64,000 nt of DNA from Schizochytrium sp. TIO01 (Eukaryota > Protista > Bigyra: Labyrinthulomycetes): NCBI GenBank assembly GCA_004764695.1, contig SMSO01000008.1, positions 248,001-312,000 on the forward strand, read 5' to 3'. The notes below the pieces were generated by a model. It was not told the origin of the DNA, ran no database searches, and saw only the letters and a program-made list of their open reading frames with translations. Both the position numbers and the translations under genes were made by a program. The first letter of the stretch is position 1, and every line of letters begins with the position of its first letter. Shown here piece by piece: positions 9,301-19,624 of this stretch.

Positions 9301-10952
9301 TTCAAAACTCCACCTTAATGCCGCCACTCGAAGCAAAGTCTGGAATTAAGCGACCCCCCACTCCGTTCTAAGCGATGCCTCTCCTTTTTGCGTGCTCCAA
9401 AGCAGCAATCGTTCTGCAAAGAGCTGTCGAGGCTTATTATCTACAAGTCTTCAGGCCGAGAGCGAGAGCGAGAGCAGGGCAAAGAACGTCAACACCACGC
9501 AGGAAAGAAAGCCTGAACAAGGCAAAGCTGAGGAGCAGACCTGTGTTGGCACGAGGGGTTTGTCAGTCAAGAGTTAAGGATCTGCTTTTCACTTGCCACA
9601 AAAGTTAACGCTCTCAAGTCTGATTATTCCTACTAGGTCCCTTATAAATCTACAATATAAAACGAATATTTGTATTAAAAACAAAAGTGAACAGTTAATT
9701 AAGAGTTCCCCGTATTCCCAAAGTCATTTCTTTAGACCAAAAAACCATTAGATAAGCTTAAGGCGCACTACAAATCAGTCTAAAATTGAAAATGCCCAAT
9801 GACGCAACGTTGAGGAAATGTCGGAGATCATTGTGCTTTAGGTTTAGTTATAGTAGTATTGAGTGATAATGGTCTTGGCAGCTCGTTGTCTTGTTAAATC
9901 GGTTGGGTCGATTCGGGTTGATTCGGGCTGATTCGGATCTGCTTTCGCCTCTTGGTGCTCGATTTGTTTCCTTCGTTCCCTAGCACGGGTGTGGCAGCCG
10001 TAGTGCGCGGGCCATCATGCCCCTAGTCACAACGGTGCTCCTTTAAGCCTTGCAAAGCCATGCCGTAAGGTCTGCGTTCCTTTTCGGTATTTGATCATAA
10101 AAAATAAAAAATGGTTAGGCCTGTTTTGAAAATTAAAAATGACTTTAAAGTAAATCGAAGTCCCACCTTTATGCAAACTTCATTGGGTGCGTGTGTTCAA
10201 TCTTAGGTTTAGCCTATAAGAGTTGTGCATAACCTCTGACAATAATTAAGCAAGTCTTCTCTTCATCAGAATCTAACATTAAAGTCAACCAAGCTGCCAA
10301 GAGTACGACATTAATAGCACGATGATGACTTGAATAGTTTGAAGAGGAACACCAGTTTGTCGAACAATAACCATCTTCTTTCGCATAGTTTGTCTTGATC
10401 TAAGTTTTGAGCGTTTCCCATTCAGGAATGTAAAGATCAAGCCCTATGGCTTCCATATTCCTCAAAGTGCTTGTAGCATATTTGTTGTCTTTAGCTGTTG
10501 GACAATTTCCAATGCGATATGAACAATTGCAAATAGATAGTTAATTACTCACAGGTCGCTGGTCAAACATTGCTTTGTTCTAAATGCATTGTTCGCAACC
10601 ATTAAAAATTGAGAATTATTTTGTGGAACGATATTTTGCTAGCTTGCCAGACAGCAACGAAGAGGATCTAAACAATATAAAATATAAAAGTAACACTGAT
10701 GGAAGATATTTACTTTTGCTGCCTGCTAGCTATGGCTTTCCCGAGCTTGTAGGGATACATACCCAAAATAACAAATTAGAAATTTGTTGCTGAACAGCTT
10801 GACATACAATCGGTATGTAAGCAGGGGCGTATTACCTAAAAATCCCCGTTAAGATTTGATTTACAAAAATCCTGGCGTTGCGCCGCCTCACCCCGCCCTC
10901 CCCTTCAAATGAAGAAATGGACAAACTAGTGGCGAGGATGAGTTAGACTATA

Positions 10953-13900
10953 TTAGATCCCGTTGATGAGATGAGAATTAGGAACTAGAGCCACACCACA
11001 TAGAAGACAGCATGCACGGCTCGGTAAGAGAGATTGAAACACGGATTGTTCAATCCTGGGTGGGGATGCTATGTCTGGCGACGCATTCGCAGTAGCTTGC
11101 AAAGAAACATATGCTTGTGTTCCTACGCCGCATATATCACATATGAGCATATCATATTCAAAAAGTTCTTCAAGTGTGTACATGTCACGTGCAAGTAAAT
11201 CCTCTTGAAGACCAGTAGTTTCTAAAGAAAAATTAATAGGCGGAACATCTGCGCCTCGTTGCGGGTAAGGATTGTACGAATCTACAGTCTGTTTTTCACC
11301 TAACGCTTTGTAAACAGAGTTTATCAATGACACTTGATCTGTCGACAATAGATGCTTATCTTGATTGGTGTGCATGGCATGTGCCAGATCAAGAAGGGCA
11401 AGGGTATATGCCTTTTCTTGTTCCGGTAAATATTTGTCTAGAGTTTTGTTGTTTACATGGGAGATGATGCTTGCGGCAATTGTCTCAATCCATTCGAGCA
11501 TAGACCGCATGCGTTGTATATAGATGTCATTTGGCTGGATGGCATGATTAAAAGCTTGCAGACCGACAAGCTGCGCAATGGAACATAAGGCCATACGAAA
11601 GAGCTCCGGGCTAATATTACTAGGAGTTCGGGGGTGGGAAACACCCCCCTTGATGTAGGCGTTCCAATAACCTAGGAACTCTTGTTGAAGAACCATGGAG
11701 CGGGAAATCCACCAAGCAATAGCATGCAATCCCAGGGGCTTGCCCATGGAAACACATTCGTTGAGCATAATGTCAAGATTTCCCATGAGAGGGTGTGCGG
11801 AGAGGATGTGGTGGGGTCCGGGAGTCCTACGGTTTGACTTTTCTACCAGTGTGGTGCGCTGCAGATGAAATGTGAGTACTGCTGCACCATGGCGTGTGAC
11901 CACAAGCCCACTTGTGGCGTTCGCATCGCCAATTGATCCTGCTCTCTGGGCATTACTGCGAAATATTTGATCGTTTCGGAGTACGGCCTTGGTCCAACTT
12001 AAATTAGGCTGCCAAGCTCTGATAGTACCTGCTTGGTCAGTTGCGATCAAGGAAGGTGTTGCTGCTGCGGGAACAAGGTCGCAACCTGTAATCACATGGC
12101 TCATCGTGGTCATGAGGCGGATATCGCGTTCTTTCTCATCTTCCGCATGGACGTTCTTCCACCATACGATCAGATTGCCAATGGTAGCGACTAGATTTCC
12201 AGATGAAGCTTGGAAGCAGAGCGAGGATACAATAGCATGTCCGCTTGGTGGTCGTAGCACGCGAGGCGTATCCTTTCTAGATAGGGTGCCATCCTCGTCA
12301 TCGTATTTGAGCTCCCACAGCAGAATGCTTCCGTTGCTGTATCCAACAGCAATGTAGTCTTGCTTCGGTAAACTATCCTTCTTTGGTTTCGGCGTGCACC
12401 AGGCAAGGGCAGTAATCCATTGTGTTGCGTCGAAGGATTCCTCCAAAGAACAAAAGTGTAACAGGCATTCGCTGCGAGGCGTTTTATTCTTCCTTTCTTC
12501 ATTATGGCTTTGTTCAAGGTCTCTGCCCGCAGAAGCCTTCGATATAAGAGGAGTGATATCATTCTTCTCATTGTCATTGAGGAAGAGTCTCCAAAAGCTC
12601 AAATGACCAGCCATAATCCGGGAGCCACAGGCAAGAATTGCGTCATGCGGGTGCCAGGCTAAACTTGCAATGTATAAAAATTTTAAAGGCATGAAGTCGG
12701 GATCTTTTCGAGGGACAGGAGGCAAAGCAATGTTATTTGCTACTACTCCAATTTTTGTTGAAGCTAACATTTTGTTTGTATCCTGCTGATGGGCGGATTT
12801 TCCTTCCACATTGCTTCCACCAACGTTATTTTTTGAGGTCTGTTCATTATGAGGAGTTAACGGAGGCGGGTTAGGTGCCTGCGCCTGCGCAAGCGCTGCA
12901 AGTTTATCAGCTTTACGAGGCCGACCTCGTCCTCGTTTAACCGGGGTTTGAGCAGGGGTTTGAACCTGCGAAATTGGTTTAGGCTTGGGTCTTGGTTTGG
13001 GCTTAGGCTTAGGCTTGAGGCGGCTTGTCGTTTTGCTCATTGTGCCAGCGGGTGGTTTCGGGCCTATCGTCTTGGAGGTGTCGGAGCTTTCATCATCAGC
13101 CGAGGATGGGACTCGTTCACCATCATCTTGCTGAGTAAGCTTTTCTAGCGGCAATTCATCCGCAGCGGGGGTGTCAAGTGTTGTGGCTGATACTGTTATC
13201 GGCCCTGCGGAGACTGCTTCTTGCACATCCGTGGCATTTGCAGAGGAAGTCCCCATGGAAGAATTTTGTGCACTTTCTACAACCCCCCTTTCTTCTTCTT
13301 CTGTCGTAATCACATTGGTCACATTGCTAGGCTTCTCAGCTTGGTCCACATTAATGTTATTGTTGACATTCGGATTTTTGTTGCGGTTAGTTTTGGTTTT
13401 GTTTTCGTCATCGCTGCCATCAATTGCGCCCCCCTGTTTCGCAGCGAGTTTAGGCCAAGGAATGAGCATTTCGCACTCGATTTTTTTCAATTCAGGAGAA
13501 TGTCCATATTGGGGCACACGGAAAAATTCGATATTTCCAGCACTTGAGACAGTAGCGATAAAAGAGCCGTCTGGGCTGCTGGTGCAATCATAGAAGTCAG
13601 TGCTAATTGAGTCTGCTTTGGGTTTGCCTGGAGGCCTTACGAGCCAATCTTCATGGCCCCGCATATACTGGAATTCAAGTGCTTGGTCGCGCAGGAAAGG
13701 GCTGTCCCATATTGGGCGAGGCACCTCAGCAACAAGAGTCTGGCCCAATTCATGATACGCTCCAGGTAAACGGAGCAGACCTCCCATACAATTTGTAGCT
13801 GCATTTGGTGCACCTGTGAGCGAGTATACTAATAGCGTGCTACGGAGCATGATCATAACAGCATCAGGTCCAACTCTTTGCATCAATGATCGCCCAGCTA

Positions 13901-14435
13901 GGGATGATCGAGTTCTGTACGCCTCTAGCAGCATCCAGCGGTCAATCCTTGTGTCATTTTGATTATGAATGCCGAGGATTTGTGCACCGAGAACACCTTC
14001 GCCGTCATCTTCCTCTAGATATGTCTGGTCATGTTCTTGTAAAAGTCTGAAGACCTCCAAGTTTGGGTCAACAGGGTACTCGACTTCATCATTTGCGTCT
14101 TTTGCTACGTCTTCGTTGTCGTTTGTTTGATTTGCATTTGAAGGTTCCTCACCTCTGTTTTTTTCGCTTACAGTATATGTATCTTTGTCACTTTTTTCAA
14201 GGTTATCAATCCTATGATCAACTTCATCCTTTTTGTCCTCTTCAACAAGTTCATTCGTCTCGTCGACGTTGGTGACGTTGTTGACTTTGTTTTCTCCAGT
14301 TTCGTTAACTGGATATGCCGAGGGAGATGTAGACAGTGTGACCTGGGCAAGGCCGGATTGGTCAATCCCAGTGCCTGCTTCGCCATCCGTTTGAGATTTA
14401 GCTTCTGTTCCAGCGACTGCTGTAGATCTTGCCAT
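10953..14435 (-). CDS. WD40-repeat protein with AT-hook and C-terminal CxxC...CxxC zinc finger; possible TFIIIC subunit (GTF3C4/Tfc8-like)
   Basis: WD-type blades (SSPDGSFIATVSSAGNIEFF, SLAWHPHDAILACG, ITALAW..YIAVGYSNGSILLWE, LIATDQAGTIRAW). AT-hook KRGRGRPRK. C-terminal ARDMYTL..ICDICG..CCLLCG. First ATG is 14435. The TFIIIC assignment is inferred from architecture only. Confidence 0.75.
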   Translation of the reverse strand: MARSTAVAGTEAKSQTDGEAGTGIDQSGLAQVTLSTSPSAYPVNETGENKVNNVTNVDETNELVEEDKKDEVDHRIDNLEKSDKDTYTVSEKNRGEEPSNANQTNDNEDVAKDANDEVEYPVDPNLEVFRLLQEHDQTYLEEDDGEGVLGAQILGIHNQNDTRIDRWMLLEAYRTRSSLAGRSLMQRVGPDAVMIMLRSTLLVYSLTGAPNAATNCMGGLLRLPGAYHELGQTLVAEVPRPIWDSPFLRDQALEFQYMRGHEDWLVRPPGKPKADSISTDFYDCTSSPDGSFIATVSSAGNIEFFRVPQYGHSPELKKIECEMLIPWPKLAAKQGGAIDGSDDENKTKTNRNKNPNVNNNINVDQAEKPSNVTNVITTEEEERGVVESAQNSSMGTSSANATDVQEAVSAGPITVSATTLDTPAADELPLEKLTQQDDGERVPSSADDESSDTSKTIGPKPPAGTMSKTTSRLKPKPKPKPRPKPKPISQVQTPAQTPVKRGRGRPRKADKLAALAQAQAPNPPPLTPHNEQTSKNNVGGSNVEGKSAHQQDTNKMLASTKIGVVANNIALPPVPRKDPDFMPLKFLYIASLAWHPHDAILACGSRIMAGHLSFWRLFLNDNEKNDITPLISKASAGRDLEQSHNEERKNKTPRSECLLHFCSLEESFDATQWITALAWCTPKPKKDSLPKQDYIAVGYSNGSILLWELKYDDEDGTLSRKDTPRVLRPPSGHAIVSSLCFQASSGNLVATIGNLIVWWKNVHAEDEKERDIRLMTTMSHVITGCDLVPAAATPSLIATDQAGTIRAWQPNLSWTKAVLRNDQIFRSNAQRAGSIGDANATSGLVVTRHGAAVLTFHLQRTTLVEKSNRRTPGPHHILSAHPLMGNLDIMLNECVSMGKPLGLHAIAWWISRSMVLQQEFLGYWNAYIKGGVSHPRTPSNISPELFRMALCSIAQLVGLQAFNHAIQPNDIYIQRMRSMLEWIETIAASIISHVNNKTLDKYLPEQEKAYTLALLDLAHAMHTNQDKHLLSTDQVSLINSVYKALGEKQTVDSYNPYPQRGADVPPINFSLETTGLQEDLLARDMYTLEELFEYDMLICDICGVGTQAYVSLQATANASPDIASPPRIEQSVFQSLLPSRACCLLCGVALVPNSHLINGI

Positions 14436-17002
14436 GGTCTCACGAGCGCGCACGGGTTCGACTGACGAACGATTTATCTGAATGATACTTGCTGTTCTTA
14501 GTTTTTCCCTCCGCACGACTGAGTCCCAAGCGAGGTCTGTTTGTCAGGGAGGGGGCTAAATGAGCAGAGCTTCTCAGCTCCTTTTACAGGGTGAATGGCT
14601 GTCACTCAATGTTTGCCTGGGCCTCACGCTAGGCTGCGCTGCGCCGCGCCGTGCCGCACCACGCCACGTCGCGCTGCTGCTTCGCCTTTTGGTTTTTGGT
14701 TTCTGTAGAGGGTACTAGGCACTTAAGTCTTTTGAAGCAATGTTGTTACTAGCTAGAGAAATACAAGAACCAAGAAAGTAATTAATGCTTATTTCCTTCG
14801 CATTCTAATATCAAACTTGGGAGGGGTTCGCGTATTTGTTCGTGCTCTTCATAGATCATGTAAACTCGAGTTTTTGCAACTTGGTTCGAATTTATGGACA
14901 TTTCTTTTTTACGTTTTGCGGTATTTGATTGGATTCTAGTTTTTAGTATTTTATCGTCTGCAATATATTCTTCACATTGCGAATCTACATTACATAATAA
15001 AATGGAAGGCAAATACGAACTGAGTACCATCTCATGAAGATAGACACTAGTCCTTCACAGATGCACAAACGGTGACTTTTTTCATTGCACCAGGGAGGAG
15101 AGAACTCGATGCTAACTCGATTCCTCAAGAAAAAGGAGACATGCCAAATTATGAAAAGCATTCTTTCTAATAGCCAATAAATAGCCTTGTAAACAGCGAC
15201 ACATGTTAAAGCCGTAGCATTAAGCAACCTTTCTATGAACATGGTGTTTCCTACCAGATGAGTTTCTAGTAATTGTGTTCTAATTACGGAAAAAGAAACG
15301 AGATCTTGAAGATACTTAATTGAGAACTTTCAGTTTTATAATAAAAAACCCTATTTCTTGAGAGATTCACTTTGCATTGCAGCGATTCTAAGCTGCTAAT
15401 CGGCTACCTCATCCGCTTTATATACTTTGAATAAATCTAGTTTGGGATATTTATCATGAAGTTCCGAGTTATGGCTTTCAGATATTGATACATCGAGTGA
15501 AATCATCATTCGACTTCAGAAGTACTTTAGAACTGGAAGAAATCACCAGGTACCCTCATGGTGGTAGCAAATGGAACGATGTCGCGACAAAATATCTTCG
15601 AGGTAGAGCAAATGCATCTGTTAATGTTCGCAATGTTGAAAATAAAAATACAAAATACTCGAAGTGCTCATGTTTCGTAGAGTCCTCCAAATCTCATCGT
15701 TGAAGCAGCAGAAAATAAAAGGGGAGCTAAAGGCCTAAGTTCGTGCAAAGCTTCTTTCACGATAAACAGAGACAACAACTTGATCCCCACCTTTTCACGC
15801 ATAGTATTAAAAAAAGAAAAGAAAGAAATAAGCATCACAAAAGGCGAGTCCTTTGTTTATTTATCATCGTCTTTTTACTTAATATGCCGATTCAAGAGCA
15901 GCTGTGACAGGGCAGAAGGTAGATGCACAGGGTAAACATCGTATTGTCGATTACCCAATTCACGATGGCTCTTTTTCCAATGGGATAACACAAGCTAGAC
16001 TCGAAGAAGAAGATAATAAAACAATGGACAACTAACTCACTTCTCAATTTCTCAATCTTTCATAATTACAGAACTTACAGGCACCTAACGACCAAAGTGA
16101 AACGACACTATTTATAACTATCCTTAGTCACACGTTACAGAAACCACCTCTGGCAGGCAGTATTTAGGCGCCCATATGCGCCGTATATTAGCAACCCTGG
16201 TTAATAGTGACGTCAGGACTTCTTTAGAGCTAAGTTGACTTAATTTGAGTTTGACAGCGATGTGTACCGTGGGTGATGAAGCATTCATTTCTTCATTCCT
16301 CACGTGTCATTACTGCGCTGCAAAATGCATGTGAGCTGGGGGCTTCGATTCGGAAGGCTCTGTTGCGGGATGCTTAGCTCCGAGGTTTCCTATCTTCAGG
16401 CAGGATTCTGATCAGGGCTCTACGGCGTTCTTTCTAGATGGCATCCCGTTCTAACCAGTTCATTCTAGAGAAGAACAAGGTGCGTACTCACTTACCGACC
16501 TACATTGCTAGCTAGCTACCTGCCTACTCCTCTGCAGGACGGAGTTTTACTCTCCAGTGGTTCGGGTCGCAGTGGAGCACTCATAACAATATCTAATAGC
16601 GTTCCAAAAAGTGCTTATCTGCGGGAGCTGTTCTCCAGCTAAGATGGTTTTTAACACTCCCTGAATCTTCAACTTTTCCCTCCAGCTCCTCTGCGCCTAA
16701 TTTTATATGCTCACCCGAAGTTTCTGACTGTATTTCTCCTCTGCCTGATTCATTCAGTCCCCTCTTGAAACGAAATAAATACATAATTTCCCCCAGTCAT
16801 CCTGCTGCCAACAAAACCATACTACGACAACAATACGCACTGCTACTGGACTAAAGATTTTATGTCCTACTGCAACTCCTAAGCTCTATCCAATCTAGCT
16901 TTTAGCAATGCAATCAGAATGATTATCATTAGTATCAGGTAGCGATAGATAAGCAATGTTACATACTATCACCAACTGATCCGATTGTATTGTATCTTTC
17001 CG

Positions 17003-17004
17003 TT

Positions 17005-17072
<68 letters not shown>

Positions 17073-17073
17073 T
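17003..17073. repeat. (CTTT)n microsatellite
   Basis: Direct reading. Confidence 0.95.
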
Positions 17074-18145
17074 TGATCACGTTCTTCAAGTTCTTTCTTT
17101 CTGGCAGTGAATGAATTAAAAGATGTAGCCTCCTATATCTTTCCTTCTTCTCCTCCTCACTAATGTATCTTAGTGAACAGTGCTTTCTCTCTTTAAGTTG
17201 ACGCAATCGGCGGCAAAAGCTTTGGGCTCCAGCTATGGCTTCTCTTGCGTGTGGTGTCTCCTCTCCTTTCGTGCACGAGGCTGTCTCTCGGCCATCATTT
17301 CACGCAGTTTCTGCTGAGCGCCGCAAGCATTTCGTGCATGTGAACAAACATCCTGATTCCCAAGCCGTTCTGCAGCGCTGATTTTATGATCATTCATTCA
17401 TTCAATCTAATTCATTCATTCTCATTCATTCATGCATTCATTCCCTTCTATCGATCTCATCTTTCATCGTTCATCTTATCCTGCCATGATAGTTTCCTAA
17501 TTTCATTGATTCGTCCGTTCTTTCGTTCTTTCTTGTGTATAGGCCTACAGGCAGCACTAGTGGGTACCCTACCCGCCAGCGGGAGCCGAGTGGAGCAAAA
17601 GGAACAGCGCAGGCAGTTTTTTATGCTTGCTCCACAAACAACTTGAAGCAGAAGGAAAGCAAGAAAGCCTGATGAGCAGGACAGGGCAATGGCTTGTGCT
17701 CCACTTCTCCGTCAAGGCCCATCCATAGTGGGCAATAGAGGGCTCCAGAGCGAGACTGCGGCCATCTCTGAGGAGGAGCTGTCCCACGGAATGTAGAAGC
17801 AAAGAAGAGAAGAGATCAACGACGCCAAAGCGAAGAAGAAGGTAGGTAGCTATAGCTAGGAAGGCACTACGACCTGCTATGCGTAACGGCGCTTGCAAGA
17901 AACCACGAGATGCGATGACCACTTCACTTCAACACGCGAATAAGCTTGCAAAGGTGGTCTTCAAGCAGGCTTACTTACCTGTGCAAGCAGACAGACCTAT
18001 CTTTCAAGTGGCCTTCTTCGAGTGAATGAATCTCCACGCACGCCTTCCTTTCAAGGTGTCTGTTTCTCTCCTCAATTCACCACTTCTCGTGGGTACCTAT
18101 CTATCTGCTGCTATCACTATCTATGGGGGCACTTTCGAGATCGAG

Positions 18146-18320
18146 CAAGGAACAAGAAGAACAAGAAGAACAAGAACAGCAAGAACAGCACGAACAGCAA
18201 GAACAGCACGAACAGCAAGAACAGCAAGAACAACGACAACAACGACAACAAGAGCAGCAACAACAACAGCAACAACAATAGCAACAACAACAACAACAGC
18301 AACAACAACAACAACAGCAA

Positions 18321-18352
<32 letters not shown>

Positions 18353-18389
18353 GCAGCAGCAATAACAACAACAACAACAACAACAATAA
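18146..18389. repeat. Compound trinucleotide repeat (AAG/AAC/AGC, with 9-mer AAGAACAGC units)
   Basis: Direct reading; it explains the four spurious low-complexity ORFs in the track here. Confidence 0.95.
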
Positions 18390-19624
18390 GAATAGGCCAA
18401 GGAGAACAACCTAAGTGTCAGTGTTTCTGTAGGCACCAAAGGTAGATAGATATATATATATGTATAGAGAGAGAGAGATAGTTCTGGTGACGATGAGTAG
18501 GTAAGGCCATCTCAGGATTCTAAATGAGTGAATGAGTGAGTGTGTGATTGAATAATTGAATGAATGAATGAGTGCATGAATGAATTGGTGAGTGAGGATG
18601 CTTTGGATGAGCCAATTGGGCCTCAGCACACGACAACGACTCCATCACTCACTTCACTTCACTCAATCGATCAATCAATCGCTCACTTCACTCACTCAAT
18701 CACCCGAAGTAGGCGGAGTTAGGAGGTAGATAGAGGATACTAGCAGCTTATTTTTATTCAATTCAAAGGACCTGAATCATTGTAGGCATAATTGTTTATT
18801 TAACAAAAAAAAAAGAAAAAAAGTTTCACGTCTTGCGCTGCAGTTGTGATGATAGATCGATCGATCGATGATCTTTAGCAGTTTCGAGGCGTCGGTATCT
18901 GCTGTGTGCCTTAGCAGTGCCCCGCAGCGCCCTATGGGTGTTCGCTCATCTCTCCAATCTCTTCGATTTCACAAGTGGCTTCCTTGAAACTCATAAACTC
19001 ATGAAAAAGGAAAAAAGAAATGAAAACAAGTGAAAGATAGGGAACGCATCATTGGAGCAATAGGAGGGAAGCGCTTCTACCTTCCAATAGGAAACTGGTA
19101 ACGCTAACGGGTTTGGTAGTGCTTACAGTAATGCTCTGGGCCTGTATCCGGAAACTCAAAACAGAAATAAAAAGAGAGATGGCGAGAGATGAATACAAGT
19201 TTTGCGTGATGATGGTGTTTTTTAGCCTTTTTATGAACTAAATCAGTTTTTAATGAGAAGGAAGCTGAAGAGAGAGAGAGAGAGAGAGAAGAAGAAGAAG
19301 GAGAAGAAGAAGAGAAGATTGGGTTGGGCGTTTACTAGCCTGTTCGATGCTTTTGTCTACTGTAGGTGTGACAGTCTGTAAGTGGTTTATAGAGAATAGG
19401 TGACTTGTAGGCGTGGCGGGCAAGTGAGTTATAGCGTCCGCAAGTAGGCGGTTTGGGGTGGCACTGTGCGGTAGTGCCTGCGTGGCAGCAGCAGTACCCA
19501 GTCCGAGCCAGGCCAGGCCGGGAGCGTGGACCTTGCGGACGTACGGACGACCGCTGGCTGCCCACTCTTTGTTCCGCGCGAGAGGACCTTGAGGACCTCG
19601 CGGACAACCCCACCCTTCACCACC

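Noticed and set aside
9981-10040. tRNA-like fold (AGCAC...GTGCT outer stem, GGGC-CATCAT-GCCC hairpin), faintly like initiator tRNA-Met
   Set aside because: No T-arm or B-box and too short; likely chance.
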